DNA of 64,000 nucleotides from a virus (taxonomy: Duplodnaviria > Heunggongvirae > Uroviricota > Caudoviricetes): the IMG/VR virus record IMGVR_UViG_3300050196_000293; one strand, 5' to 3'. The notes under the pieces are model-generated. The model had not been told where the DNA came from. It made no database searches and saw only the letters and a program-made list of their open reading frames with translations. Each line of letters opens with the position of its first letter. The first letter of the stretch is position 1. The translations under genes were made by a program, and so were the position numbers. Below are positions 1 to 9,156 of the stretch, one piece after another.

Positions 1-66
1 ACTTTACTCTTCATATTGAATATATATTTTTTCCTGTCAATAAAGTTCTTTTTATACATCTTTTAG

Positions 67-84
67 TTGATCCGATCGGATCAA
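67..84. promoter_or_regulatory. perfect 18-bp palindrome TTGATCCGATCGGATCAA in AT-rich leader upstream of first gene
   Basis: Read directly in sequence; lies in AT-rich non-coding 5' region; possible operator or origin element. Confidence 0.3.
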
Positions 85-119
85 ATAGTAGCTTATCCCA
101 GAAAATATTAGATGTTTGT

Positions 120-130
120 CTACTACACAT
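120..130 (+). promoter_or_regulatory. conserved intergenic motif CTACTACACAT (copy A), ~40 nt upstream of HNH gene
   Basis: Exact 11-mer also at ~6177 and (reverse) ~31105; variants at ~13272, ~17531, ~43737(reverse); always intergenic and oriented toward the downstream gene. Confidence 0.35.
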
Positions 131-171
131 CCAACTTTTCGACCTTCCAAACAGCCTACAGCTGCGTCTAG

Positions 172-954
172 GTGTATGCCATGAATGACTTCATCGACAA
201 AATCATATTTGCTCCGGGATCCCATGATTTCCGCAGCGACTGGCAGGAAGCCTACAGTCATCTCTGTTGGCTTTTGCCCCAGAAATACCTGACAAATGGC
301 AACAACCCAGCCCGCCGGCTCTGGTTCGAATCCAAAGGATCCCTTCCTGAGGGCAATCTGATGCGAACCTGTGACAATCTCAACTGTGTGAACCCGAGCC
401 ACCGGCGAACCAGTCTCCCCTCCTCTACAGTCACAAAACCCAAGCCGAACAGCCCGGAATCCAAACTCCAGAGTCTATCCACCACTAAAGACACCCACAT
501 CATCGCCCCCAAGACCTTCAATTGGAGAGGACTGAAATATCATTCCGTCCAAGTGCTGATGGGGAACCCTCCCTGGAACAAATTCTGGAGAACCTGGCGG
601 ATCTGTAACCAATATGGATGTGTGAACCCCGACCATCACACCATCATTCGTATCAACTACAGTTTTGTCTCCACACTCGATTACCCTCTCTTCCTGCAAC
701 CCCTCCCCGATCATCAGCCGACCATCGCTACCCACAATCTACCCCCTCCTCCCAGTCATGACCCCATGGCTGAGATCGAGGAAGCCTGTGATGCCATCCA
801 GGAAATCTCCGACTGGCGAACACTTACCCCCCGACAGCTCCAGGAGAGGATCAAGGTCTATTCAATAGATGTCATCGAACAGGCTGTGAGAGCGATGAAA
901 CGCACGCCAAGCACATCCAAATCCATGCTCGAAATTATGAAAGAGATCCCATGA
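172..954 (+). CDS. putative HNH homing endonuclease (two C-V-N-P-x-H motifs)
   Basis: Motifs NLNCVNPSHRR and YGCVNPDHH resemble the CxNPxHL zinc-finger/HNH signature of phage HNH endonucleases; Pro-rich C-terminus. Confidence 0.45.
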   Translation: MYAMNDFIDKIIFAPGSHDFRSDWQEAYSHLCWLLPQKYLTNGNNPARRLWFESKGSLPEGNLMRTCDNLNCVNPSHRRTSLPSSTVTKPKPNSPESKLQSLSTTKDTHIIAPKTFNWRGLKYHSVQVLMGNPPWNKFWRTWRICNQYGCVNPDHHTIIRINYSFVSTLDYPLFLQPLPDHQPTIATHNLPPPPSHDPMAEIEEACDAIQEISDWRTLTPRQLQERIKVYSIDVIEQAVRAMKRTPSTSKSMLEIMKEIP

Positions 955-1173
955 ATATCACCAACTCCAAGCCCAACTCAAAAAGACACGCTGCACATAC
1001 TCCGGTGGATGCGCCATCGGTATCCTGTTTCCAGAAGACTTCAGACCATTTTTGGACCCTTATCCCAGCGTCGGGAATCTCATTGCGTGGGGAATTCTGG
1101 ATGTCCCTAAAGCTGACCACGCACCGTCTCTTGTTGAAGACACTTTTCGCCGTCTGTTAGGGATCTCATCACA

Positions 1174-1506
1174 ATGAACGTCGCCAACATCCTTACCCTC
1201 ACAACCTACCTGGAAACCGAAGTCAAGCCACACAGTTTCAGCATGGCCTCCTGGATACATGGGTGGGGTCTAGAACTGCTCCACAGAACGCGCACGGCTG
1301 TATGTATTGGCCGCTGGGCGGAAGCACTCTTCACTGAGTTCAAGAACGCCCGTCTTGCTTTGGGTCTGACATCAGATCAGGCTGATGAACTGTTCTATGT
1401 ATTAGATTTACCGATTCCTTTGCGTGAAATCACCAAAGATCAAGCCGTCCACGTCCTCCGTCATCTCGCCCAAACTGGCGAAGTCAAATGGGAAATTTCA
1501 GAATGA
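1174..1506 (+). CDS. hypothetical protein, tandem paralog 1
   Basis: C-terminus ...VLRHLAQTGEVKWEISE nearly identical to next ORF; Cys-containing central region. Confidence 0.5.
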   Translation: MNVANILTLTTYLETEVKPHSFSMASWIHGWGLELLHRTRTAVCIGRWAEALFTEFKNARLALGLTSDQADELFYVLDLPIPLREITKDQAVHVLRHLAQTGEVKWEISE

Positions 1507-1874
1507 ATGTCGAAAACATCCTCACCCTTGCGAACTACCTTGAAAACTATGTCACCGATGAGCATTTTGATATGCACAGCTACGTCAGTGATCAGGAGTT
1601 CCAAAACCATCAAACTCCAGTGACTGTAGATTATCTCCAAACTTGTGGCACTACAGCCTGTATCGCAGGATGGGCTGTAGCAGTATTTGAATATCGCTCT
1701 TCTCTCACAACTTTCAACTTTTACGACGCAGGCATAGATGTGCTTGGTCTCGAGCGTGAGCAGGCCTTCGAGCTGTTTGTTGCATATGAACCTGACGCCA
1801 CTCGTCTCCGTGCCGTCCAAGTCCTCCGCGATCTGGCCGAAACCGGCGAAGTTAAATGGGAAATCACACCATGA
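1488..1874 (+). CDS. hypothetical protein, tandem paralog 2
   Basis: C-terminus ...VLRDLAETGEVKWEITP and shared CI(A/G)xWA motif with preceding ORF; overlapping start/stop. Confidence 0.5.
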   Translation: MGNFRMNVENILTLANYLENYVTDEHFDMHSYVSDQEFQNHQTPVTVDYLQTCGTTACIAGWAVAVFEYRSSLTTFNFYDAGIDVLGLEREQAFELFVAYEPDATRLRAVQVLRDLAETGEVKWEITP

Positions 1875-2836
1875 CCCCACTGGCAGACAAGCTCACCAAG
1901 ATGGGGGATACACTCACACCCCAAATCCAAAAGGCATTCGCAGACAGGCAGACCAACACCCTTAAGCGTCAGCGTGAGGCTCGAAAAGCCTGGAATGAAG
2001 GGCGCCAGCTCGAACGCGGACAAAAAGCCATGTCCGCCCTTGCGGACATGCACAGATACGGACCGATGGTCGACCTTTTGGCAGATTTGAAGACCAAGGC
2101 TGAAATACTCAGCCTGGCCCGTGAGAAGATCACTCATGATGGAGGCTACTACGACGGTGGGAGCTGCCAAGGTATTCCATCCCAAGACACACCCCAAGCT
2201 CACGCTCTGTGGAAGCTCCTCGATACAGACAGCAACCGGGAGGAAGAGGCGGAGCGACAGAAGGCTATCGACCTCCAAGTCGAGCTGGACAAGGTGAAGT
2301 TCGCTAAAATCCCAGGCTACTTCCCAACTCCACCAACCTTGGCAGAGGCTATGGTCGCGGATGCCAACATCAAGCCAGGTATGCGTATCCTGGAGCCTTC
2401 AGCAGGTTCCGGCAACCTCCTCGACCAGATACCAGAAGGTTGTGAGATCGTGGCTTACGAGCAGAACCATACACTCTGTGGAATCCTTGAACTGAAGGGC
2501 TATCCCGCGACCTGTGTGGATTTCATGAAGGTGCCAATTCCTCATGACCTCGATGACAGGTTCGACCGAGTCCTGATGAACCCACCTTTTGAGTGCCTTC
2601 AGGACATCGAGCATGTACGGCACGCTTTCGACATGCTGAATCCAGGTGGAGTGCTGGTCGCTATCACCTCACCCGCCTGGAAGACCCAGGACAACAAAAA
2701 ATGCACTTACTTCCGCAACTGGCTCAACTCGGAACCCCTCATCGATCTTTGGGAGACCACTGACCTAGCGGCGGGAAGTTTCAAGGAGAGTGGCACCAAC
2801 GTGGCATCTGTGATGCTGATGATCTGTCGCGTCTGA
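1856..2836 (+). CDS. DNA N6-adenine (or N4-cytosine) methyltransferase
   Basis: Motif I ILEPSAGSGNLL (SAM binding) and motif IV VLMNPPF (NPPF catalytic tetrapeptide). Confidence 0.75.
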   Translation: MGNHTMTPLADKLTKMGDTLTPQIQKAFADRQTNTLKRQREARKAWNEGRQLERGQKAMSALADMHRYGPMVDLLADLKTKAEILSLAREKITHDGGYYDGGSCQGIPSQDTPQAHALWKLLDTDSNREEEAERQKAIDLQVELDKVKFAKIPGYFPTPPTLAEAMVADANIKPGMRILEPSAGSGNLLDQIPEGCEIVAYEQNHTLCGILELKGYPATCVDFMKVPIPHDLDDRFDRVLMNPPFECLQDIEHVRHAFDMLNPGGVLVAITSPAWKTQDNKKCTYFRNWLNSEPLIDLWETTDLAAGSFKESGTNVASVMLMICRV

Positions 2837-3534
2837 TGCCCGTAGTTCACACATTTTCCTGGCAAATGGACGAAGATTTCGGCGACGAAGGGTGGGTTCC
2901 AGATTGGTTCCCAGGGGCAAATATTGTAAAGGGAGACTTCGCACATGACGTTCTGGAGCACCACAAATCTACAGAAGATGGGTCAGTAGCGAGCGAATTT
3001 CGAGCCTTCGGAAGTATGATATGGTTGAGGATCGAACCTGGCCTTGAGCCTGCTTACCGGGAAAATTCTTTTGCTGAGGAGGTCTATAGTCTCGCAACGG
3101 ACGCATTTTGCGCCGTAGACGACCTCGATGCTAAGCCTTGTGCGTGGATCGACCCCTCACTGGTAAAGCGTTCACTCAAGGCATCGGAGTGGGCCGAAAG
3201 CCTGTTTGATAAAGTGTTGATCACCGATAAGTTCAGAGAGAGCATTGCGAGAAGTTTGGGTTATTATCGTTGCAGCGAGACGTTCAACGACAGTCTTTCT
3301 GATTGGGTAGACAAGAACCTGACGCCCGCTCATCTGCAAGCGATCCGCCGACTGCTGCGTCAAGGCTACCACCGAGCGTTCAGGCGTTTCGGTGGTGACA
3401 TCAACGAAGCTTCAGCCCTATATACACGCATTTCTACCGACCCGCTTACTGCTATCGAAGGCGGTTACCACCAGACACTTAGGCTGAGCGTAGATTTCAA
3501 GAACTACACTCATTCGATCAAATTCATAAGGTGA
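2836..3534 (+). CDS. hypothetical protein
   Basis: Long ORF, ATGA-type overlap with upstream gene; no recognisable motif. Confidence 0.45.
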   Translation: MPVVHTFSWQMDEDFGDEGWVPDWFPGANIVKGDFAHDVLEHHKSTEDGSVASEFRAFGSMIWLRIEPGLEPAYRENSFAEEVYSLATDAFCAVDDLDAKPCAWIDPSLVKRSLKASEWAESLFDKVLITDKFRESIARSLGYYRCSETFNDSLSDWVDKNLTPAHLQAIRRLLRQGYHRAFRRFGGDINEASALYTRISTDPLTAIEGGYHQTLRLSVDFKNYTHSIKFIR

Positions 3535-3878
3535 TACTGATGCTGTATTTCGAATTCCATCCGAACAAAACCATCGTGCCATCACCAGGCCGGATTGGTA
3601 TGTCAGAGAAAGCCTTCCCTGACCTGGAGCAATACATCTGGCTCATGCTTGATGATTGTAGTCCACATGAGACGATCCGCCAGCCAGGTTTCGCAACGAG
3701 GCTCACCTTGGATGATATCAACGACCTGTTCTACTGGTCGGAATACAAGCAGGGATCCGCCCTCGGCCTTTTTGACAATTCGAGTGACAGCGACCGTCGT
3801 ATTTTCAAACTTCTGGCGGAGACGTGTCGATACTACCAAGAAGGTGGCTACGAAGTTCGCGTGACTTGGGAGAAGTGA
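3531..3878 (+). CDS. hypothetical protein
   Basis: ORF with 4-nt overlap to upstream gene. Confidence 0.4.
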   Translation: MILMLYFEFHPNKTIVPSPGRIGMSEKAFPDLEQYIWLMLDDCSPHETIRQPGFATRLTLDDINDLFYWSEYKQGSALGLFDNSSDSDRRIFKLLAETCRYYQEGGYEVRVTWEK

Positions 3879-4081
3879 TGACCATCCCCACCTTCACCTC
3901 TACCTACGCCATCATTGATGTCATGAAGGGACGTCAAAAACTCGCCAAGCATATCCTTAAACATGGACCAGTCCATGTGACCATTGAAGCTATACTAACT
4001 GGTCCATACGGCCACGACGACGGCGACAGCATTGAATTCAACGCCGATGTCACATCAATCACAGCCCACACCTCTGGATAA
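3879..4081 (+). CDS. hypothetical small protein
   Basis: In-frame ATG directly after upstream stop (TGATGA); part of ORF 3824..4081. Confidence 0.3.
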
Positions 4082-4088
4082 TTAAAAG

Positions 4089-4886
4089 ATGCTCGACAAA
4101 ATCATCGCCATGCTTGAGAAGGCCGACCCAGATGCCTGGTCGCCACCTTGGGGATCCTCGATCCCTACGAACTTCACTACCAACAGAGCCTACCGTGGCA
4201 ACAATGTTCTTAATCTGTGGTCGGCCCAGTTCACCGACCACCGCTGGGCGACCTACAATCAATGGGAAGCCACAGGGTTCCAAGTTGCCAAGGGTCAGAA
4301 ATCCACCCCTATCTGGGTCTTCAAGCCACCCACGCCCGGAGATCCCGACAGCAAGGGTGTCTCCAGAGCCGCCCGGGTCTTCAATGTCGAACAGCTCACC
4401 GAACCCCCTCCACCCGTCCATAAGGCTCCAGCCACCCTCGCCCAGGTCGAGACGTTCGTGAACAATGTTGCTCCTCAGGTCAACCGGGATCCCACACGAG
4501 CCTTCTTTCACCCAGGCAAGGACTTCATCGCCATGCCTGCCCTCTCCCTCTTCCATAGCACCGAGGGATACTACGCCACCCTGCTCCACGAACTCGTCCA
4601 CTGGACTGGTCACACCAGCCGGCTTGACCGACCTCTGCAGAACAAGTTTGGATCCAATGCCTATGCCTTCGAGGAACTGATCGCGGAAATAGGATCCGCC
4701 TTCCTGTGTGCCGAACTCAACATCACCCCCACGATCCGAGTGGACCATGTCCACTACCTGAAGAACTGGCTTGAGGTCCTGAAGGGAGACGCCAAGTCCC
4801 TACAGGAAGCTGCCACCCTGGCCCAAAAGGCTGTGGACCATCTGATGGTCTATCAAACCCGGATCGAAATTGAGGAGGCAGCTTGA
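4089..4886 (+). CDS. ardC: ArdC-like antirestriction protein / zincin-like metallopeptidase domain
   Basis: HELVHWTGH (HExxH within the ArdC/DUF1738 signature), N-terminal ssDNA-binding-like region; typical of ArdC family. Confidence 0.7.
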   Translation: MLDKIIAMLEKADPDAWSPPWGSSIPTNFTTNRAYRGNNVLNLWSAQFTDHRWATYNQWEATGFQVAKGQKSTPIWVFKPPTPGDPDSKGVSRAARVFNVEQLTEPPPPVHKAPATLAQVETFVNNVAPQVNRDPTRAFFHPGKDFIAMPALSLFHSTEGYYATLLHELVHWTGHTSRLDRPLQNKFGSNAYAFEELIAEIGSAFLCAELNITPTIRVDHVHYLKNWLEVLKGDAKSLQEAATLAQKAVDHLMVYQTRIEIEEAA

Positions 4887-5206
4887 TGAACCACACTGTC
4901 ACTGACACTTATGGTGAGTTCAGTCCTACACAGCACACCGTCAGCCAGTTTGGTATGATTTATATCGAGGCGGCGAACACCGAGATGTGTACCCTGATCA
5001 GCAATCTCAAACAGAGCGTACCCGACTGGGCAGATAGAAAAAGCCCAACCACCACGGCTAAAATACGCCAGATGATCCTGGATAATGGCTTCGTGTTCGA
5101 GACTGTTCGAACACCTGACAAGCGATATGCTCTGGCAGTTTATCCCCTGTGTCCTATCGCCCGCCGGGTCACTCTGGCTGCAGTCCACGGCATGACCAGC
5201 ACATGA
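4883..5206 (+). CDS. hypothetical protein
   Basis: ORF coupled (ATGA) to next gene. Confidence 0.4.
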   Translation: MMNHTVTDTYGEFSPTQHTVSQFGMIYIEAANTEMCTLISNLKQSVPDWADRKSPTTTAKIRQMILDNGFVFETVRTPDKRYALAVYPLCPIARRVTLAAVHGMTST

Positions 5207-5859
5207 AGGTGTTGCTTGGTTACACCACCTGTCTCCACACCCGAGAGGCCTTCGAGGCTAAGGGACACGACGTCTGGAGCTGCGACCTCATCTCCCCTCT
5301 TGGTCACAATCACAAGCATTATCAGTGTGATATATGGGAGATCGCCAACGACAACTAGAACATGGCCATCTTCCACCCCATGTGCACTTACCTGACGGTG
5401 TCAGCCGCCTGGGCTTTCAAGGACCCAGACTACACCCGCTACCCTAATGGCGGATACCACCAGAGGGTCAAGCCTGGCACCCTGACGGGGAAAGTCAGGC
5501 GGGACGCTCGGGAGCACGCCCTGGCCAATTTCCAGAGGTTGCTGGACCTGCCTTATCCCAAGGCTGTCGAGAACCCTGGAAGAAGTTTCGTGTCCAGCGA
5601 GATCCGTCCTGCGGATCAGATAATTCAACCATACGACTTTGGCCACGATGCCAGCAAAGCCACCGGGTTATGGCTGAATCGTCTACCCCTACTAAAGCCA
5701 ACTCAGAGGGTCGCTGGCCGTATCGTCGATGGACGAGAACGGTGGGCCAACCAGACAGACACTGGTCAGAATAATCTCTCACCCAGCGAGACCCGCTGGC
5801 TAGAGCGTAGCAAAACCTATCCTGGAATCGCCAAAGCATTCGGGGATCAATGGGGCTAA
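5203..5859 (+). CDS. hypothetical His/Cys-rich protein interrupted by a single in-frame TAG (5356-5358); either amber pseudogene/readthrough or two coupled genes
   Basis: ORFs 5149..5358 and 5362..5859 are in the same frame separated only by TAG-AAC; start MKVLLGY overlaps upstream stop (ATGA); no SD before 5362 ATG. Confidence 0.35.
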
Positions 5860-6146
5860 CCATGAACATAACCGACTTATTCTCCCGGATGCTCACTGTG
5901 TCCACCTTCCACATCACTCGCGCCACCTCAAAAACCATGGACTCTGAAATCATTCCGTTGGCGATTTATCCAAAGGGTGACTACGGCTGGTTCATATATG
6001 TCCCTGATGAGCAGCCTTTCGAAGGTGTCCCGGAGGATCTGGGTATCATCCTGGAATACTGCCTGTCCAAAGGGTACAGCTGGTTGAACATCGATATGGA
6101 TGTACCTCTCAACCCCAACCTTCCTAACTACGAGAGTGACTGGTGA
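5850..6146 (+). CDS. hypothetical protein
   Basis: ORF, start overlaps upstream stop. Confidence 0.4.
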   Translation: MGLTMNITDLFSRMLTVSTFHITRATSKTMDSEIIPLAIYPKGDYGWFIYVPDEQPFEGVPEDLGIILEYCLSKGYSWLNIDMDVPLNPNLPNYESDW

Positions 6147-6176
6147 TGGTCTAGCAACCCCACAAAATCACGATGT

Positions 6177-6187
6177 CTACTACACAT
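6177..6187 (+). promoter_or_regulatory. conserved motif CTACTACACAT (copy B)
   Basis: Identical 21/22-nt context to copy A (GTCTACTACACATC(C)AACTTT). Confidence 0.4.
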
Positions 6188-6195
6188 CAACTTTA

Positions 6196-6219
6196 GCCGC
6201 CTCCCCAGGCGGCTTTTTT
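6196..6219 (+). terminator. rho-independent terminator hairpin GCCGCCTCCCCAGGCGGC + T6
   Basis: Perfect 7-bp GC stem, 4-nt loop, followed by TTTTTT; immediately precedes rIIA start. Confidence 0.6.
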
Positions 6220-6220
6220 A

Positions 6221-8119
6221 ATGGAAAATAGCCGAATGAAACTCGCTCATATCCCCCTTGAAATCGAAACCAACCTGACTGGCACCCCCTTCCAAATGGG
6301 TGACCCGGCCAAGATGTTCTCCATCATGATTGACCAGCTCTATTCCAACAAGATCAGGGCTGTGGTCGCCGAGGTCTGCTCCAACGCATTCGACGCCAGT
6401 CCCCCTAATACCTCTTTCAAGGTCTCTACCCCCAGCAGTCGCAACCCAGTTTTTGGTGTCCGCGACCCTGGCCCTGGCCTCACTCACGATCAGATCATTC
6501 GATACTATACCACCCTGCTCGCCAGCGATAAGACCGACGACAACGATAGGGTTGGTGGCTTGGGTCTAGGCTCCAAGAGCCCGTTTGCCAAGTGCGACGC
6601 CTTCTCGGTGACTAGCTACCAAGGGGGTATTGCTTCCACCTATGTCTGCTACCGGGATGATGACCGTATCCCTATGGTCTCCGATCCTATCATCTCCCAG
6701 ACCACCGAACCTGATGGCCTGGAAGTCAAAGTCCCCGTAGACCCGAAGGATTTTCATGACTACGCCAGAGAAATCAACAACATCCTGCAGTGGTTCCCAG
6801 CATCCAGCTACGAGGTGTTCGGCACCACAGTAGAACCCAAAGTCCCTGTCGTCACCCACGAACTGTTCCACTTTTACTCCGACAAGGATGATAAAGAATA
6901 TCTGATCCAGATGGGTCCACGGGTTTATCCTGTAGATTACAGGGCGATGGGTATCACAATTCGACCCGCTTTGAACGCAGTCATGCAGTTCAATATCGGG
7001 GATCTTGCTGTACTCCCATCACGGGAGGGTCTGTCCATGGACCCAGTGACTATTCAGGCTATCCGAGAAAAAATTGAGCTTGCAAACACAGTAGCCCCTG
7101 CATTTCTTAAGACATGGTGGGATTCACCCGCTGTATTATTGGAACACAAACTTGCAGTGGCTGATCGTATTGCCCGGGATTATAACTGTAAATGGGACTA
7201 TTTCACGGACCCTGACCAACCTGGTTCAGACCCTCAAAAATTCATGAACCACTTTTTCACATTTCCAATCCCGCACTCTATCAAACCCAACGGTAAGGCT
7301 ATACGGTCTTACAACGAAATATCACTAGGTAACTACCCACCTACTCGGTTGGTAATTGTTGATACAGACGTTTCCGTCACTCGTAGGATTCGACAGTATG
7401 TTTCTGTTGCCAACAAAATACGCAATACTAATATTACCTTCATTTCCGAAGAACATAAGTCTTTTGTAGACTTCCTTATAACTCAGTATCCTTCACACTC
7501 ATTCCATATTGATTATCTTTCCAACACTAAGTTGAATCCGACAAAGCCTCGTACCAAGTCATATACATATAAACACACTAACAAACCTACACACTATTTG
7601 TTTGAAAACACTACTCTCGAACCTGATAGCCTACAACACTTCGATGCTATAGCGGATGCTAACTACGGTGATCTAGGTCATGATCTATCACTTGTGTGTC
7701 ATGACACCCGCGTATTGGTGCCACCCACGTCCACAGCCCACAAGTTTCCAAAGTTGCCCAAGCTAACCGACCTTATTCAGGCTCGGGCAGCTCAGGTAAC
7801 TAGGGACGACCTACAGGCAGCACAACTTAGGCGGGCCATCAAACAAGAGTTCGGTAATTGGATCGATCTTGCTTCCACATCTCCTGATCACCTCACCCCA
7901 GTCCTCCTGAAGCTCCTAACCCTTCCGGTAATCCCAGACCAAGTCTTCACCGAGGGTTGGGCTGCTACTCAACCCGTCCCTGACCAAAAAGCCATCGATA
8001 GACATATCAACAAGATCAACGCGTATTTCGAGGAGCGTCCCATCATCAAAATCATCGGTAGTTACACTCTCTCTAAACTAACCCCGGAACTCTCCAGAAA
8101 GGTCCTGAGCCTGAAATGA
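6221..8119 (+). CDS. rIIA: rIIA-like protein (GHKL ATPase fold)
   Basis: LYSNKIRAVVAEVCSNAFDAS matches T4 rIIA N-box region ([20 protein letters not shown]); G1 box VRDPGPGL and G2 box GGLGLGSKSPF. Confidence 0.8.
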   Translation: MENSRMKLAHIPLEIETNLTGTPFQMGDPAKMFSIMIDQLYSNKIRAVVAEVCSNAFDASPPNTSFKVSTPSSRNPVFGVRDPGPGLTHDQIIRYYTTLLASDKTDDNDRVGGLGLGSKSPFAKCDAFSVTSYQGGIASTYVCYRDDDRIPMVSDPIISQTTEPDGLEVKVPVDPKDFHDYAREINNILQWFPASSYEVFGTTVEPKVPVVTHELFHFYSDKDDKEYLIQMGPRVYPVDYRAMGITIRPALNAVMQFNIGDLAVLPSREGLSMDPVTIQAIREKIELANTVAPAFLKTWWDSPAVLLEHKLAVADRIARDYNCKWDYFTDPDQPGSDPQKFMNHFFTFPIPHSIKPNGKAIRSYNEISLGNYPPTRLVIVDTDVSVTRRIRQYVSVANKIRNTNITFISEEHKSFVDFLITQYPSHSFHIDYLSNTKLNPTKPRTKSYTYKHTNKPTHYLFENTTLEPDSLQHFDAIADANYGDLGHDLSLVCHDTRVLVPPTSTAHKFPKLPKLTDLIQARAAQVTRDDLQAAQLRRAIKQEFGNWIDLASTSPDHLTPVLLKLLTLPVIPDQVFTEGWAATQPVPDQKAIDRHINKINAYFEERPIIKIIGSYTLSKLTPELSRKVLSLK

Positions 8120-9156
8120 TTCCCTACATTTTCACCAATAATGGCACGTCACTTGTCATTGTTAATAATGGCATCCCTCAGCCATACGGCAGGGGACACC
8201 CCTACTTCTCCAGAATTGTTGCAGCTATCAAGGCTGACGACGAAGCCGAGGTCCTGCAACTAACCCGTGATGAACTGCGCCACCTTGGAACCTTTGATGA
8301 TGTCAGTGTCTACAATGGCATTGTCACCTACAAGGGCGAGCAGCTCAGCAATTACCTGACGGACGTCATCTGTGAGGCCAGCAAGAATGGCCAGCCCATT
8401 GAACCCCTCGCCCGCTTCCTGAACCGGGTGTCTCAGAACCCTGACCCCCGGGCTCGGGGGGGACTGTTTAGGTGGGTTGAAGAAACCAAGCTGCCTATCA
8501 CCGAACGGGGCACCTTCCTGGCCTACAAGATGGTTGGAGCTAATTTCTATGACATACACTCAGGACTCTTCGACAACTCCCCAGGCAACGTCGTCTCTAT
8601 GAATAGGGAGGATTGTGATCCAAATCCTGAGCATACCTGCAGCACTGGTCTGCACTTCTGTGGCATGGAGTATCTGAAATATTATAGCTGGGGACCTAAG
8701 GTAATCCTGTTGGAACTAGATCCCGCCGACGTAGTTGCTTTTCCCAAAGACTACGCCGGCAAGGGCCGCTGTTGCGCCTATCGGGTACTTTCCGAGATCG
8801 ATCCAGAGAAGGTTGAAACCTACTTTGAGGGTATGACCGGCTGGTATGAGTTCGCAACCACACCCTCCACATTCACTCTCCGCTTTGGTGGATTTGATGT
8901 CGTCGTCGACATCGACACACATGAATACACCCTCCCGGATGGGTACGAAGGGTCATATATCGAAATTGATATTGCCGAACTCCACCACACTCTGCCGTCC
9001 CTGTTTGTTCCAGGAACCTATAGAAACGGTGCTCTGGCCTACTCTTCCATATTTAGAACAAACGAAACCGAAGCCGCACGACTGGATGCACTAAACTTCC
9101 TACTAGAACAGCACGATGGCGAAGGCGAAAGCGAAGACGAGGAACAAGATATATGA
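8116..9156 (+). CDS. rIIB: rIIB-like protein
   Basis: Segment FYDIHSGLFDNSPGNVVSMNR...HTCSTGLHFCGMEY...DPADVVAFPKDY aligns with T4 rIIB (YFDCHSNTFDNTPGKVVKMPR...QTCSRGLHVCSKSY...HPRDVVSIPIDY); directly follows rIIA. Confidence 0.85.
   Translation: MIPYIFTNNGTSLVIVNNGIPQPYGRGHPYFSRIVAAIKADDEAEVLQLTRDELRHLGTFDDVSVYNGIVTYKGEQLSNYLTDVICEASKNGQPIEPLARFLNRVSQNPDPRARGGLFRWVEETKLPITERGTFLAYKMVGANFYDIHSGLFDNSPGNVVSMNREDCDPNPEHTCSTGLHFCGMEYLKYYSWGPKVILLELDPADVVAFPKDYAGKGRCCAYRVLSEIDPEKVETYFEGMTGWYEFATTPSTFTLRFGGFDVVVDIDTHEYTLPDGYEGSYIEIDIAELHHTLPSLFVPGTYRNGALAYSSIFRTNETEAARLDALNFLLEQHDGEGESEDEEQDI

Noticed and set aside
5356-5358. Genome-wide TAG reassignment as an explanation for the in-frame amber
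   Set aside because: TAG terminates well-supported genes here (mazG at 13817-13819, the G-like chaperone and others), so global recoding is not supported.
6221-6238. Alternative rIIA start at the second ATG (6236, MKLAHIPL)
   Set aside because: Neither ATG has a convincing RBS. The first ATG was kept as in the ORF track, but the 5' end is uncertain.
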